Source: Myxococcales bacterium (lineage in GTDB: Bacteria > Desulfobacterota > Binatia > HRBIN30). From it: a DNA stretch of 64,000 bases. Both the position numbers and the translations under genes were made by a program. The stretch spans positions 1 to 64,000 of the forward strand of contig JBBILD010000016.1 in the NCBI GenBank assembly GCA_037445065.1, in the 5' to 3' direction. This document shows positions 22,287 to 32,562 of this stretch, one piece after another; within the stretch, counting starts at the first letter, position 1, and every line of letters begins with the position of its first letter. Under the pieces are notes generated by a model, which did no database searches, was not told where the DNA came from, and was given only the letters and a program-made list of their open reading frames with translations.

Positions 22287-23540
22287 TCAAGAAGAAGCCA
22301 GCGGCGCCAACGATCCGTCCAGCGCCTTTGCGTACACCTCGATGGGGTGCAGCACCGGGATAGGTCCGCCCGCGCGGCGCAGAGCCGCGCCGATCTGCAA
22401 GGCGCACCCGGGGTTGGCAACCGCTACCAAGTCTGGCTTCTGGTCGCGAATGGCGGCCGCCTTGCGTGCGCCCAGCTCGCTGGCGAGCTGGGGCTCGAGC
22501 AGGTTGAAAGCACCGGCGCTGCCGCAGCACGCATCACTTTCCGCGATCTCCGCGATCTCCACTCCCGCAATCCTCCGCAACAAGTTGCGCGGGGCGTGCC
22601 GAATTCCTTGGCCATGCGCCAGGTGGCAGGCGTCCTGATAAGCCACGCGCAGGTGCCGCGGCACGGTGGGAGGGGCGAGGTCGAGGCTGGCGACGAACTC
22701 GGTTGCGTCTTGCACCCGCGCTGCAAAGCGGCGCGCAACCCCTTCCTGAGCTGTGCCCGCGAACAAGCGGCCGTAATCTTTGAGGGCCGCGCCGCAGCCA
22801 GCCGCCGCCACCAGAATGGGTCCGTCGAACGATGCAAAGGCGGCTAGATTGCGCTCTGCGAGGCGAGCGGCCAGAGCCGGCTCCCCGAGGTGCAGCGCCA
22901 GCGCCCCGCAGCAACCTTGCCCCTGCGGCACGTGCACGCTGTAGCCGTGGCGCGTGAGGAGGCGGACCAACGCTGCGTGGGTGTCGCCGAACATGGCGTG
23001 CGCAACACAGCCGGTGAGCAACGCCACGCTGCCGCGTTCCGTGCCGGCTGCCGGGATGCGGCAAGCTAGGCGTGTGCGGCTCCAACGTTCGGGCAGCAGT
23101 GCGGCCCACCGGAAACGAGCGCGCAGCCACGCTCCGAGCCCGACTCGCTGCAGCATCCTGGCCGGCCACAACGCCGCAGCGAGCCGCCGTGGGTACGGGA
23201 AGAGGGCAAGCAGCAACTGGCGCCGACACCGCTCGAGCGCCGGGCGCTGGTAGTGCTTTTCGATCGCCGCCCGCATGTGCTCGATCAACTCGCGGTAGCG
23301 GACACCGGAGGGGCACGCGGTCTCGCAGGCGAGACAACCCAAACAACGGTCGAAGTGTTCTACCACCCCGGCGTTCAGCTCCAGTTCGTTGTCCTCGAGC
23401 GAGCGCATGAGGTAAATGCGGCCGCGCGGCGAGTCGGCCTCGTTTCCACCCAGCACGTAAGTCGGGCACGCAGGCAGGCACAAGCCGCAGTGGACGCACT
23501 CGAGCAGGCGTTCGAAGGGGACGAACCGGTTAGTTCCCAC
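22287..23540 (-). CDS. glcF: Glycolate oxidase iron-sulfur subunit
   Basis: CVHCGLCLPACP and CLGCLACETACP ferredoxin motifs; two CCG domains (CCGA, CCGSAG). Confidence 0.88.
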   Translation of the reverse strand: MGTNRFVPFERLLECVHCGLCLPACPTYVLGGNEADSPRGRIYLMRSLEDNELELNAGVVEHFDRCLGCLACETACPSGVRYRELIEHMRAAIEKHYQRPALERCRRQLLLALFPYPRRLAAALWPARMLQRVGLGAWLRARFRWAALLPERWSRTRLACRIPAAGTERGSVALLTGCVAHAMFGDTHAALVRLLTRHGYSVHVPQGQGCCGALALHLGEPALAARLAERNLAAFASFDGPILVAAAGCGAALKDYGRLFAGTAQEGVARRFAARVQDATEFVASLDLAPPTVPRHLRVAYQDACHLAHGQGIRHAPRNLLRRIAGVEIAEIAESDACCGSAGAFNLLEPQLASELGARKAAAIRDQKPDLVAVANPGCALQIGAALRRAGGPIPVLHPIEVYAKALDGSLAPLASS

Positions 23541-24840
23541 CGAGCGTCACTCCTGGCAAGCGCTGCGTGCCCAGTAAAGCGTGCGGGTCGAGTACGCGCT
23601 TGATTCCCTGCATGAGTTCCCGCACACCAGCCTCGAGCGGTGGCGCGGGTAGCAGGACCTTTGCTCGATCGAGTGCAGGGTGCCAGACATCTAACCACAC
23701 CTTTCCGTGGGTCCCGCCGAGCCGACGCTGGAGCCGCTGCATCCAGGACCATGGAGGAAGAGGGTTACTGCTGGGAAAGCGTGCGAACACCGTCCCGCTA
23801 CGCACCCACACAGCGAGTAGACCCTGCCAGCGCACGGTTACGGTTGCCAATTCGGCGAGGAGATCGGGCAGGGACGAGGGAAGGAGCGAGGCGCGCGCTC
23901 CGCAACGTTGCTGGGCGGTGGCCAAGGGGAAGTCGCGCACTCCCTCCCAGACTTTGGGAAGTTCTGCTGGCGGCACGCGCGTGAGCGGCACCCCGGAGAG
24001 CAAGCCGCGGAGTTCCTCTTCCTGCACTTGAATGTCCTCTGCGTGCCCCCAAAAACCGACGAACAGCACCGGCTCAGGGATCCGCTTGGGGGCGGGCAGC
24101 ACGGGCCAGGTCATCACCGCCAGTAAGTCGGGCTGGAGACCGCTTTCCTCGATGGTGGCAGCGAGAGTGAGAAGTTCTTGCCAAGAACCGCTCGCGCACC
24201 GGTACACGACCCGCTTGGGCGGACGCGGACGTACTTTGAACGTGGCCTCTACGACCACCCCTAGAGTCCCCCAAGAACCCGTAAGCAACTTCATAAGGTC
24301 ATAGCCAGCCACGTTTTTGACCACTTGGCCACCGGCCCGAACCAGTTTGCCGTCTCCGTTGACAAAGCGAATGCCGAGGAGCGCGTCGCGCACCCGCCCG
24401 AAGCTGGCGCGCAGCGGCCCCTCGGCAGCGCTGGCGATGAGACCGCCGATCGTGGTCTCCGCGGGCAAGGCGGGCTCCAGCCCGAGCCACTGTCCGTGCG
24501 CAGCGAGCACCGCTTCGAGTTCTGCCACCGAGCAGCCAGCTCGTACGGTGACGGTGAGGTCGGCTGGCTCGTAGCGCACCACCTGCGACATACGGCGCAT
24601 GTCTATAGCCAAGTGGTAGCGGACCGGCGGCGGGCAGAGGTGCTGGCGCGCGCCCAAGCCCCAGACCACGGTGTGCGCATCCACCGACACGGCAAATTGA
24701 ATCGCGCCGGAGACATCTTGCATTTTGGAGGGAAAGGCCACGGCTTGCGGAACCTTCCCGAAAATCGCGTACCGCTCGCACACTTCGCTCGCGGTCTCGA
24801 TGAACCGCGGAGCGTGCAAGAACCGCTGGTCCGGGTTCAT
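23530..24840 (-). CDS. glcE: Glycolate oxidase FAD-binding subunit (GlcE-like)
   Basis: YEPADLTVTV, TIGG, GGQVVKNVAGYDLMKL, GSWGTLG motifs; overlaps glcF; ATG at 24840 chosen as start. Confidence 0.83.
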   Translation of the reverse strand: MNPDQRFLHAPRFIETASEVCERYAIFGKVPQAVAFPSKMQDVSGAIQFAVSVDAHTVVWGLGARQHLCPPPVRYHLAIDMRRMSQVVRYEPADLTVTVRAGCSVAELEAVLAAHGQWLGLEPALPAETTIGGLIASAAEGPLRASFGRVRDALLGIRFVNGDGKLVRAGGQVVKNVAGYDLMKLLTGSWGTLGVVVEATFKVRPRPPKRVVYRCASGSWQELLTLAATIEESGLQPDLLAVMTWPVLPAPKRIPEPVLFVGFWGHAEDIQVQEEELRGLLSGVPLTRVPPAELPKVWEGVRDFPLATAQQRCGARASLLPSSLPDLLAELATVTVRWQGLLAVWVRSGTVFARFPSSNPLPPWSWMQRLQRRLGGTHGKVWLDVWHPALDRAKVLLPAPPLEAGVRELMQGIKRVLDPHALLGTQRLPGVTLGGN

Positions 24841-25119
24841 CGTCGTCCTTCCCGCGTCGGTTCCGCGGCGCACCGCCGTGCAGACGAGGCACCGCTGCCC
24901 GCTTTTCGCGTGCTCAGGATGCAGGGCGGCTGGGGTTTTCGGCTGAGGAGCACCTGCATCGCTCGTTCCTTCTTGCACCGAGGCCGTATGCGTGGCCCCA
25001 TACTCCCTTGGGCCGAGAACGGCAAGGCGCAACGCACTCGCTCTCGGCACGCGCCCTCGAGCCCCCGTTTGGACCCCTGTGGCGGCTCGCGGTCAGGATG
25101 GGAACGGGGACCGGCATCA

Positions 25120-25152
25120 CGCTGCGGGCGGCGACAAGGGCCGCCCCTCAAC
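25120..25152 (-). repeat. Solo degenerate REP palindrome
   Basis: Reverse strand reads TGAGGGGCGGCCCTTGTCGCCGCCC, matching the REP1 consensus. Confidence 0.6.
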
Positions 25153-25469
25153 CGCGCTCGACCAGGGTTGCCATAAGAAGCGCGTTTGGCGCCTCGGCCG
25201 CACCGTTGGGGCCTTGATCGGGCGACGCACGGTGCGTGTTCCCTTCAGGGTGAACCTTGCGCCTGCTCGCGTTGCCAGCGACCACGAACGCGCGCACTTC
25301 ACAGCAGGGGTCGCGGGGGCTGGCCATCTAGCGTGCGCGACCATGCGTACTCGCTGCCCTTCGCACCGCCTGGCATTGGCATGAGCGGAGGGGGGCTTTC
25401 GGTTGTTCTGCCAGTATGGCGAATGAAAACGGGACTCGGGAACGACGGCTAGGAAGAGGGAGCGAACGA

Positions 25470-26702
25470 ATGTTGCCAATAGAGGCCAGTCCTATGGGAT
25501 GGGCGCCGCAAGGAGCCGCACGACTTGCGAGGGCTTTGGCCCGAGCCGCACTGCTCTCGCTGGTGGCAGTGGTGCTGTGTGCCGGGTGTGGGGATGATGG
25601 AGAAGAGAGCAGCCCGGAGCCTCTGCAAGCCCGACTGCTCGGAACGCGGCTCGTCGCCCGCAGCCGCGAGACCGGCAGTGATGCGATCGCCAATCCGCAT
25701 CTGAGCCCTGGGCGTACGTTTTCGGTGGCGGCCTACGAAGTCCCACAGCTCTTGTGCGTGCGTACGGACAGCACGGACTATTTGCACATCCCCGAAGCAA
25801 CCAGCGCTCCGGGACTGCCAGCGGTATTCTTGGCCGTACCGCCAGCCACGCCCGACTCACCCATTCTCATGTTGTTCCATGGGAATGGGCTCGATTTCAT
25901 CGAGGCGCTGGCTTCGCTTTTTGCCCATGCGGCACCGCGCACTGCAGAGCAAATCCTACGCGACCAGCCCGGGTTCGTGGGCTTTATCGAGATTCTCAAT
26001 CGCAACGGCGCCTGGCGCGGGGTGGAAGGCGAATTCAGCGGCCCGGTTGCAGCGGAAGCGCTGGAACGTGGCTGGGGGATTGTCGCCCCAGGCAACTGCT
26101 GGGGCGACGGCGGCTATCACCGCGGCGAGGTCGTGGACTATTACATGCGCGCTCCGCGTTACGGGCGAGTCATGGATGACTTTGTTTGGGACTGGTATCG
26201 GCGTACCTTTCGCCATGATGCTCGCCGCGAGTACTCCTTTGGCTGTAGCGGCGGTGGCCAGCGCACCGCGCAGTTGTTCCTGCAAAGGCCGGGGGCGGTG
26301 GTGGCGGCTGGGATTGATAGCCCGGCCGATTACTTGCTGGGCTTCCGTGACGACCCACCCTCGCTGTTCTCCTTGTTACAAGGGATCCCGCAGTACCGCA
26401 CCGTGCTCGACGATTTTTACCTTCGCCACTACGGCTCATTCGAGCAGGCTGCCGAGCAGAGCTTAGGGACCCAGCTTGCCGCTCGTGGCATCAATACGCC
26501 GATCTACTTCACGTATTCGGCACGCGACCCGCTGGTCACTCCTGCTGTCTCCGGTCCCCTCGCCCGCGCTCTCGCGGCACGGCTCCCTGAGGATCGGCAG
26601 GTGGTGCTGGACACCCAAGAGCCCGTCCATTGCCAGATCAACAACCGGCAGCGAGCGGCCGCTGTCCTCGACTGGCTCGCCCAGTGGCAGCGCGGAGAGT
26701 GA
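25470..26702 (+). CDS. Alpha/beta-hydrolase-fold lipoprotein with CS-D-HC-like motif
   Basis: Lipobox-like CAGC; FHGNG; nucleophile elbow GCSGGG; DPLV; VHCQ; RBS before ATG at 25470. Confidence 0.7.
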   Translation: MLPIEASPMGWAPQGAARLARALARAALLSLVAVVLCAGCGDDGEESSPEPLQARLLGTRLVARSRETGSDAIANPHLSPGRTFSVAAYEVPQLLCVRTDSTDYLHIPEATSAPGLPAVFLAVPPATPDSPILMLFHGNGLDFIEALASLFAHAAPRTAEQILRDQPGFVGFIEILNRNGAWRGVEGEFSGPVAAEALERGWGIVAPGNCWGDGGYHRGEVVDYYMRAPRYGRVMDDFVWDWYRRTFRHDARREYSFGCSGGGQRTAQLFLQRPGAVVAAGIDSPADYLLGFRDDPPSLFSLLQGIPQYRTVLDDFYLRHYGSFEQAAEQSLGTQLAARGINTPIYFTYSARDPLVTPAVSGPLARALAARLPEDRQVVLDTQEPVHCQINNRQRAAAVLDWLAQWQRGE

Positions 26703-26924
26703 AACGGTGCGATCCGCCTAAGGACACCTCTTTCCACAGGGACGAATCGAACCCCGGCCTGCACATGCCTCAGCTTCGCGCAGCAAGCAAGCCGTCAGTC
26801 CCGGACAGAGAACGGCGGGGTTTTCCTTCTTCGGGTGTTAGGCCAAAGCCGAGATCCGGGTGGGCGCTCAACCCAACCCGGCACGCTCGCAGTTCTGGCA
26901 GGAAGAGCCACCTTCGGCTGTCCG

Positions 26925-27372
26925 TCGGTTGCGCTGTGGGTTAAGGGGGGGCGGCGCTGGTTCGTGGGGTCGGTGTCAACCTCAGCACGTATCGGAGCAA
27001 CGCCTGCAGCGTTGCTCGCGCTAGGGGCAGGGTGGATGTGTCGTCGCAGCGTGGCAGGGGAAGCAAGATGTGGCCAACGGCCCGTCGCAGGTTCGTGCCG
27101 CGGTCGGGTTGTATGGGCAGGCCTTGTGCCTGACCGTGTGCCAAATCGAGGGGAATTCCCCAATCGCGGCCCGGGTTCGGCCCGACACGGCAGGTATGTT
27201 TTCGCCGACACTTCTGCACGATCGAAACGCCGCGTCGGTGGCGCCACGGGCGGCCACAAGGGCCGCCCCTACACACCTTCTCGCACGTGGCGCCGTGCCG
27301 CAAGTAACCGGTGCGGTTCAAACGAACATTCGCAACTCGCCATCCGCCGCTTGCCGCGCGCTGCTGGCCGGA
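26925..27372 (-). repeat. Composite REP-containing intergenic element, copy 3 (inverted)
   Basis: Hairpin 26995-27017; REP2 at 27111-27135; REP1 reversed at 27248-27272; reversed 7-mer array near 27329-27370. Confidence 0.87.
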
Positions 27373-27422
27373 AAGCACTTCCCTTGTTGTCGCTAGGTCG
27401 GATCGGTACCTAAGCCTGAATC

Positions 27423-28223
27423 ATGTCTGGCGGCCAGGCGGCAGCAGCAGATCACGTTGTCTTCGAGCACGTCAACATGAGTTTTGGCGCTCGGCGTGTG
27501 CTGGTGGATTTTTGTTGTTCCTTCCCGCGCGGCAAGATCAGCGTCGTGCTCGGCGGTAGCGGGGCCGGCAAGACCACCATCCTGCGTTTGATCGGGGGGC
27601 TCATCCAGCCGCAAAGCGGCAGAATTTGGGTCGCGGGTGTGGAGATCAGCCGCCTGTCCGAGCGCGAACTCTACCGGGTGCGCGAGAAGCTCGGCATGAT
27701 GTTTCAAGGCGGAGCGCTTCTCAACTCGCTCACCGTGTTCGACAACCTGGCCTTCCCGTTGCGCGAACACGCCCGTCTGGGCGAGGCGGAGATTGCCGAA
27801 CGCGTGCACGCCACGCTGCAAGCGGTGGGGTTGCGCGACGTGGACGCGCTTTTGCCGGCGGAGTTGTCAGGCGGCATGGTCAAGCGCGTGTCGCTCGCGC
27901 GCGCCATCCTCATGAATCCGGAAATCCTGTTGTGTGACGAGCCGTTCTCTGGTCTGGACCCAATTTCCGTCAAGCGCATCGAGGCACTTTTGCGGCGCAT
28001 CAACCGCGAGCGGGCCATCACGATGGTGGTCTCCTCGCACCACATTCCCTCCACCATGCGCATGGCGGATCGGGTGGCGCTGCTCTTCGACCACAGCGTG
28101 GTGGTCGGCACGCCGCTCGAGCTGGCGGGGAGCGCCGACCCACAAATCGCCGAGTTTTTCAACGAAGAGGTGCGGGAGGATGCGGTCGCCGAGCCGCGCC
28201 ACATCCCTACCGCGCGATGGTGA
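27423..28223 (+). CDS. mlaF: Mla/Ttg2 ABC transporter ATPase
   Basis: GGSGAGKT Walker A, LSGGMVKRVSLARA signature, DEPFSGLDP. Confidence 0.9.
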   Translation: MSGGQAAAADHVVFEHVNMSFGARRVLVDFCCSFPRGKISVVLGGSGAGKTTILRLIGGLIQPQSGRIWVAGVEISRLSERELYRVREKLGMMFQGGALLNSLTVFDNLAFPLREHARLGEAEIAERVHATLQAVGLRDVDALLPAELSGGMVKRVSLARAILMNPEILLCDEPFSGLDPISVKRIEALLRRINRERAITMVVSSHHIPSTMRMADRVALLFDHSVVVGTPLELAGSADPQIAEFFNEEVREDAVAEPRHIPTARW

Positions 28224-28233
28224 GGGCGCTGCG

Positions 28234-29010
28234 ATGCGGCGGGTGATCGAGGACATTGGCTTTGCGGCAGCCCGCTTCGTGGCCGAACTCGGGCGCATGG
28301 CGCTGTTTGCGGGCGACGTACTGCGCGCCGCCTTCACTCCGCCACCGCGGGTGGGAGCGTTTGTGAGCGAGTTGTTCCAGATCGGGGTGCTCTCGTTGCT
28401 CATCATTTGTGTATGCGGGGCCGCGGTGGGCATGGTGCTCGGGCTGCAGGGCTACAACACGCTGGTTCGCTTCGGTGCGGAGGAATCCCTGGGTGCGGTG
28501 GTGGGGCTCAGCTTGATTCGTGAACTCGGCCCGGTGTTGACCGCGCTGCTTGCCACCGGCCGTGCCGGCTCCGCGACCACAGCCGAAATCGGCACCATGG
28601 TGGCGACCGAGCAGCTCGATGGCTTGCGCATGATGGCGATCGACCCGGTGCATTTGGTGGTGGTGCCGAAGACGCTCGCCATGATCGCCGCCATGCCCCT
28701 GCTCTCCGCGTTGTTCATCGTGTGCGGGCTTGCGGGAGGCTACTTCGTAGGAGTGGTTCTGATGGGAGTGGATCCAGGCAATTACGTGTCCAGTTTGCAA
28801 AACGCGGTGGACTTCCGCGAAGACGTGCTCGGGAGTCTTCTCAAAGCGGCCGTGTTCGGCGTGCTGGTAGGGCTCATTTCCACCTACCGCGGCTACACTT
28901 GCGCACCGAGTTCGGCCGGGGTGAGCGCTGCGACCACGTCCACCGTGGTGACCGGCTCGGTTTCGGTGTTGTTATTCGATTATGTCATCACCGCCTTGTG
29001 GGGGGTGTGA
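28234..29010 (+). CDS. mlaE: Mla/Ttg2 ABC transporter permease
   Basis: RELGPVLTALL, GRAGSA, AEIGTM, EQLDGL motifs. Confidence 0.92.
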   Translation: MRRVIEDIGFAAARFVAELGRMALFAGDVLRAAFTPPPRVGAFVSELFQIGVLSLLIICVCGAAVGMVLGLQGYNTLVRFGAEESLGAVVGLSLIRELGPVLTALLATGRAGSATTAEIGTMVATEQLDGLRMMAIDPVHLVVVPKTLAMIAAMPLLSALFIVCGLAGGYFVGVVLMGVDPGNYVSSLQNAVDFREDVLGSLLKAAVFGVLVGLISTYRGYTCAPSSAGVSAATTSTVVTGSVSVLLFDYVITALWGV

Positions 29011-29016
29011 GTCGCC

Positions 29017-29502
29017 ATGAATCGCTCTCCAAGTCGAGATCTCGCGGTCGGACTCTTCGTGCTCGCTGGCCTGGCGGCCCTCGCTTACTTGTCCGTCAAC
29101 GTAGGCGGCTTGACCTGGCGCAACGAAGGAGGCCTGGTCGTGGATGCATACTTCGATGAAATCGGCGGGCTCAAACCGCGCGCGCCGGTGGTGATCGCCG
29201 GGGTCAAAGTGGGACAAGTGGTCGAGATCCGTTTGGCCGAGGACTACCGGGCGCGCGTGCGCATGGACCTCAAGCGCGACCTGAAACTGCCGGTGGACAC
29301 CACGGCCTCGATTATGACCGCAGGTCTGCTGGGAGATCAGTACATCTCCCTGCAAGTGGGCGGTGAGGATCGGTTCCTCACCAATGGCGGCGTGATCACC
29401 ATGACCGAGTCCGCCATCAGTCTAGAGCGGCTCATCGGGAAGTTCATTTACAGTAACGAGCGCGGGGGAAGCGGCGACGAGAAGAACCGGAGCACGGAAT
29501 GA
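29017..29502 (+). CDS. mlaD: MCE-domain protein MlaD
   Basis: N-terminal TM; IGGLKPRAPV..AGVKVG; TAGLLGDQYI. Confidence 0.92.
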   Translation: MNRSPSRDLAVGLFVLAGLAALAYLSVNVGGLTWRNEGGLVVDAYFDEIGGLKPRAPVVIAGVKVGQVVEIRLAEDYRARVRMDLKRDLKLPVDTTASIMTAGLLGDQYISLQVGGEDRFLTNGGVITMTESAISLERLIGKFIYSNERGGSGDEKNRSTE

Positions 29503-30236
29503 GAGAAACGCTGGTAGGGAAGTGGTGGCTCGGGGTGGTGTTGAGCGTCCTTGTGGCGACGCCCAGTTCGTCCGTCCGGGCTGAAGAGCCGGACCCTTGG
29601 GTGCGCTGGAACCGAGCTGTGTTTGCTTTCAACGATGCGCTCGACGTCTACCTGCTCGAGCCGGTGGCGAAAGCGTGGGACCGGGTCTTGCCCGATCGCG
29701 TCCAGCAGTCCATCGCCAATGTGTTCACAAACGCGTACACGCCGCTTGTTGCTGCGAACAACCTGTTGCAGGGCAAGCCGCACGAAAGCGCGGTGGATGT
29801 TGCCCGCTTCATGGTGAATTCCACTTTTGGCCTGGTCGGGCTGTTCGACCTGGCGTCCGACTGGGGCTTGGAAAAACACGATGAAGACTTTGGGCAGACG
29901 CTGGCCGTATGGGGTGTGCCGCCTGGGCCGTATTTGGTGCTTCCGTTCCTGGGTCCCTCCTCGCCGCGCGATGCGCTGGGTTATGGAGTGGACTCGCTTG
30001 CCACCGTTTACTGGTTTTTCACTGACATTCGCTTCACCATCGGGCCGCAAGCGGTTTCTGTGGTCAACGGCCGAGCGCAAGTGCTCGACGCAGTGCGCGA
30101 GTTGAAAGCGGCCTCGGTGGACTATTACGCTGCCGTGCGCAACGCGTACTGGCAGCGGCGCAAGGCGCAGATTTCCGACACGCGCGAAGCGAGCGTGGAC
30201 CAAAGTTTGTACCAAATCGAGGACGAAGATGAGTAA
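29499..30236 (+). CDS. mlaA: VacJ/MlaA family protein
   Basis: DPW..WNR..FAFND, RFMVNSTFGLVG, EDFGQTLA.WG, GPYLVLPFLGPS motifs. Confidence 0.9.
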   Translation: MRETLVGKWWLGVVLSVLVATPSSSVRAEEPDPWVRWNRAVFAFNDALDVYLLEPVAKAWDRVLPDRVQQSIANVFTNAYTPLVAANNLLQGKPHESAVDVARFMVNSTFGLVGLFDLASDWGLEKHDEDFGQTLAVWGVPPGPYLVLPFLGPSSPRDALGYGVDSLATVYWFFTDIRFTIGPQAVSVVNGRAQVLDAVRELKAASVDYYAAVRNAYWQRRKAQISDTREASVDQSLYQIEDEDE

Positions 30237-30855
30237 GCAACGGAGAGCGTGGTGCGTAGCAGCCTCGTTGCTCTTGCTCGTGGCTGGCGGTGGTCTGCCG
30301 GCCGCAGCAGGGGCAGCGGAGAATCCACGGCAAGTAATCGAGCGCACCACGGACGCGGTGATTGCAGTGCTCGCGAACTCCTCGCTTGCGGCGGACGAGA
30401 AGCGCAAGCGGATCGAGGACATCGCCGCGCAGCGCTTCGACTTTGCCACCGTCTCCAAGCTCGTGCTGGCACGCAACTGGCGGCGCCTCACGCCCGAGCA
30501 GCAGGCGCAGTTCACGGAGGAGTTCCGCAAGCACTTGTCGCTCACTTACGGACGCAATGTCGAGCAGTACAACAACGAGCGCGCCGAGGTGACCGGCGAG
30601 CGCCAGGAGCCGGACGGAGATTGGACCGTGAAAACCCGCATCCTGCGCCCGCAAGGCGAGCCCATTTTGGTAGACTACCGCCTGCGCAAGTTCGGCGAGG
30701 AGTGGCGCGTTATTGACGTCATTATCGAAGGTACGAGCCTGGTGGCCAACTTCCGCGCCCAGTTCCAGGATATCGTGAGCCGCGATGGCCCGCAAAAGCT
30801 CATCCAGGTGCTGCAAGAAAAGAACGCGCGCGGCGAGCCGCTGAAAACTTCGTGA
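30229..30855 (+). CDS. mlaC: MlaC/Ttg2D periplasmic lipid-shuttle protein
   Basis: Signal peptide; FDF...SKLVLARNW; W.VIDVIIEG.SLVANFR.QF. Confidence 0.9.
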   Translation: MSKQRRAWCVAASLLLLVAGGGLPAAAGAAENPRQVIERTTDAVIAVLANSSLAADEKRKRIEDIAAQRFDFATVSKLVLARNWRRLTPEQQAQFTEEFRKHLSLTYGRNVEQYNNERAEVTGERQEPDGDWTVKTRILRPQGEPILVDYRLRKFGEEWRVIDVIIEGTSLVANFRAQFQDIVSRDGPQKLIQVLQEKNARGEPLKTS

Positions 30856-30945
30856 GTCCCGCGCCGCTGTTTTGGCCCTGGGCGAGTCGCCACCGCGACC
30901 GAGCCAGATCGTCACCCACGGCGGGCCAGCCTCGCGCGGCAAGCC

Positions 30946-32460
30946 TCAGCCGAGCAGTATCGGCCCGAGCAGCAGCAGCACCGCTACGATGGCGGCAACA
31001 CCGATGAGGTCGAGCAGCAAGCCGTGGCGAATCATGGTTGTGAGCGGCACTCGTCCCGACCCGTACACGATCGCGTTGGTGGGGGTCGAGACCGGCAACA
31101 TGAAGCCCAGCGACGCCCCTAGGGTCGCGCCCAGCGCCGGCAGCACCGGGGCCGCACCCGCCGAAGAGGCAAACGCAATCACCACCGGCACGATCATGTT
31201 GGCCGAGGCGGTGTTGCTAGTGGTCTCGGAGAGCAGCGTGGCGCAGGCGGTGGACACCGCCAGCATGCTGGCCGCGGAATCGATCCCGAGTCGCGCGGTG
31301 AGCGCCTTGCCGAGAGCTTCAGCCAGTCCAGTTTGGAAGGCCATGGTGCCGAGTGCGAGCCCGCCGCCGTACAAGAACACGATCCACCAGTCGATCTGCA
31401 CCGCGTCCTCCCAACGCAACGTAAAGCGGTAGCGCCGCCAGTCGATCGGCAGCACGAACAACAAGCCGGCGCCGAACAGGGCGGCCACCCCTTCGGGAAA
31501 GGTGGCCGTGAGCCAGCGATACCACGGGTGCTGCTGCCCACCGCAAAGGGCCACCAGGCCGGGTGCCACCCACAACGCGACGGTAAAGGCGAAGGCCAGC
31601 ACGGTGTTGCGCTGCCCCGCGGTCCACGGCCCGAGCCGCTTCCGTTCCTCTTCCAGGTGTTCTGCCACCCGGTCGAGAAGCGGCTTCATTTCGCCCAAGC
31701 CGCGACGCAAGTCCCACACCGCCCACCCCCACAGCAGCAGCACGATGGGGATGCCCAGTGCCATCCAAGTAAAGAAGGGAACCTCCGCCCCGGCCGAGCG
31801 GCGCAAAAAACCAAGGCCGATCAGGTTCGGCGGGGTACCCACCGGTGTGGCCAGCCCGCCAATGGAGGCGCCGAACGCACAGGAGAGAAGGAAGACTGCC
31901 GCGAAGCGCGCCACCGCCGCGTTGCGCGGTTGTTCCCGTTCGAGGACGTGCAAGATGGAGAGGCCGATCGGATACATCATCGCCACCGTGGCGGTGTTGC
32001 TGATCCACATCGAGGTGAGGGTGGCAGCGCCCGCATAGGCGGCGAGGAGGCGGCCCGGCCGTGACCCGACGATCCGCCAGCGCAGAATCGCCAGTGCGAC
32101 CCGCCGGTCTACACCGTGGACGAAGATCGCGCGCGCCAGGATGAAGGTGCCGATGAACAAGAAAATGAGTGGATCGGCAAAGGGCGCGAAGGCTTGCTGC
32201 GCAGGGGCCACGCCCAGGCTCACCGCGGCGGCAACCCCGAGAAACGCGGTCATGGCCATGGGGATGACTTCAGTGACCCACATCACGCCCACCGCCGCCA
32301 GGATCGCAGCCAGGCGTTGCGCCTCGGGAGAGAGTGGCAGCTCGGCCCACCACACCGCGACAAGGGCCAGCGGCGCAAGGAGCATCCCGGCACGCTGCCG
32401 GTATCGGTCAAAGCGGCTCGGAACGGACAGCTCTCCTGCACTCGCGGATGAATCGTTCAC
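30946..32460 (-). CDS. SLC13/DASS family sodium:dicarboxylate or sulfate symporter
   Basis: SMWISNTAT, GTPPN, SNTAS, PVSTPTNAIVY motifs; start uncertain (GTG at 32460 used). Confidence 0.87.
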   Translation of the reverse strand: MNDSSASAGELSVPSRFDRYRQRAGMLLAPLALVAVWWAELPLSPEAQRLAAILAAVGVMWVTEVIPMAMTAFLGVAAAVSLGVAPAQQAFAPFADPLIFLFIGTFILARAIFVHGVDRRVALAILRWRIVGSRPGRLLAAYAGAATLTSMWISNTATVAMMYPIGLSILHVLEREQPRNAAVARFAAVFLLSCAFGASIGGLATPVGTPPNLIGLGFLRRSAGAEVPFFTWMALGIPIVLLLWGWAVWDLRRGLGEMKPLLDRVAEHLEEERKRLGPWTAGQRNTVLAFAFTVALWVAPGLVALCGGQQHPWYRWLTATFPEGVAALFGAGLLFVLPIDWRRYRFTLRWEDAVQIDWWIVFLYGGGLALGTMAFQTGLAEALGKALTARLGIDSAASMLAVSTACATLLSETTSNTASANMIVPVVIAFASSAGAAPVLPALGATLGASLGFMLPVSTPTNAIVYGSGRVPLTTMIRHGLLLDLIGVAAIVAVLLLLGPILLG

Positions 32461-32562
32461 GGAGCGCGCTTGATCAAAGCGCGCGTGCGGAAACAAGAGG
32501 GACGCCGTGTTTGCCTCGTCAGCCTTGCCCGATCTCGCTAAGGTGCCGCACGAGGAAACAGT

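Noticed and set aside
26795..27413. ORFs inside the repeat elements (GGHKGRPY, RAATRAAPT, MANGEW peptides) as small proteins or transposase remnants
   Set aside because: These are translations of the REP and heptamer sequences in various frames; no HUH or DDE motifs are seen.
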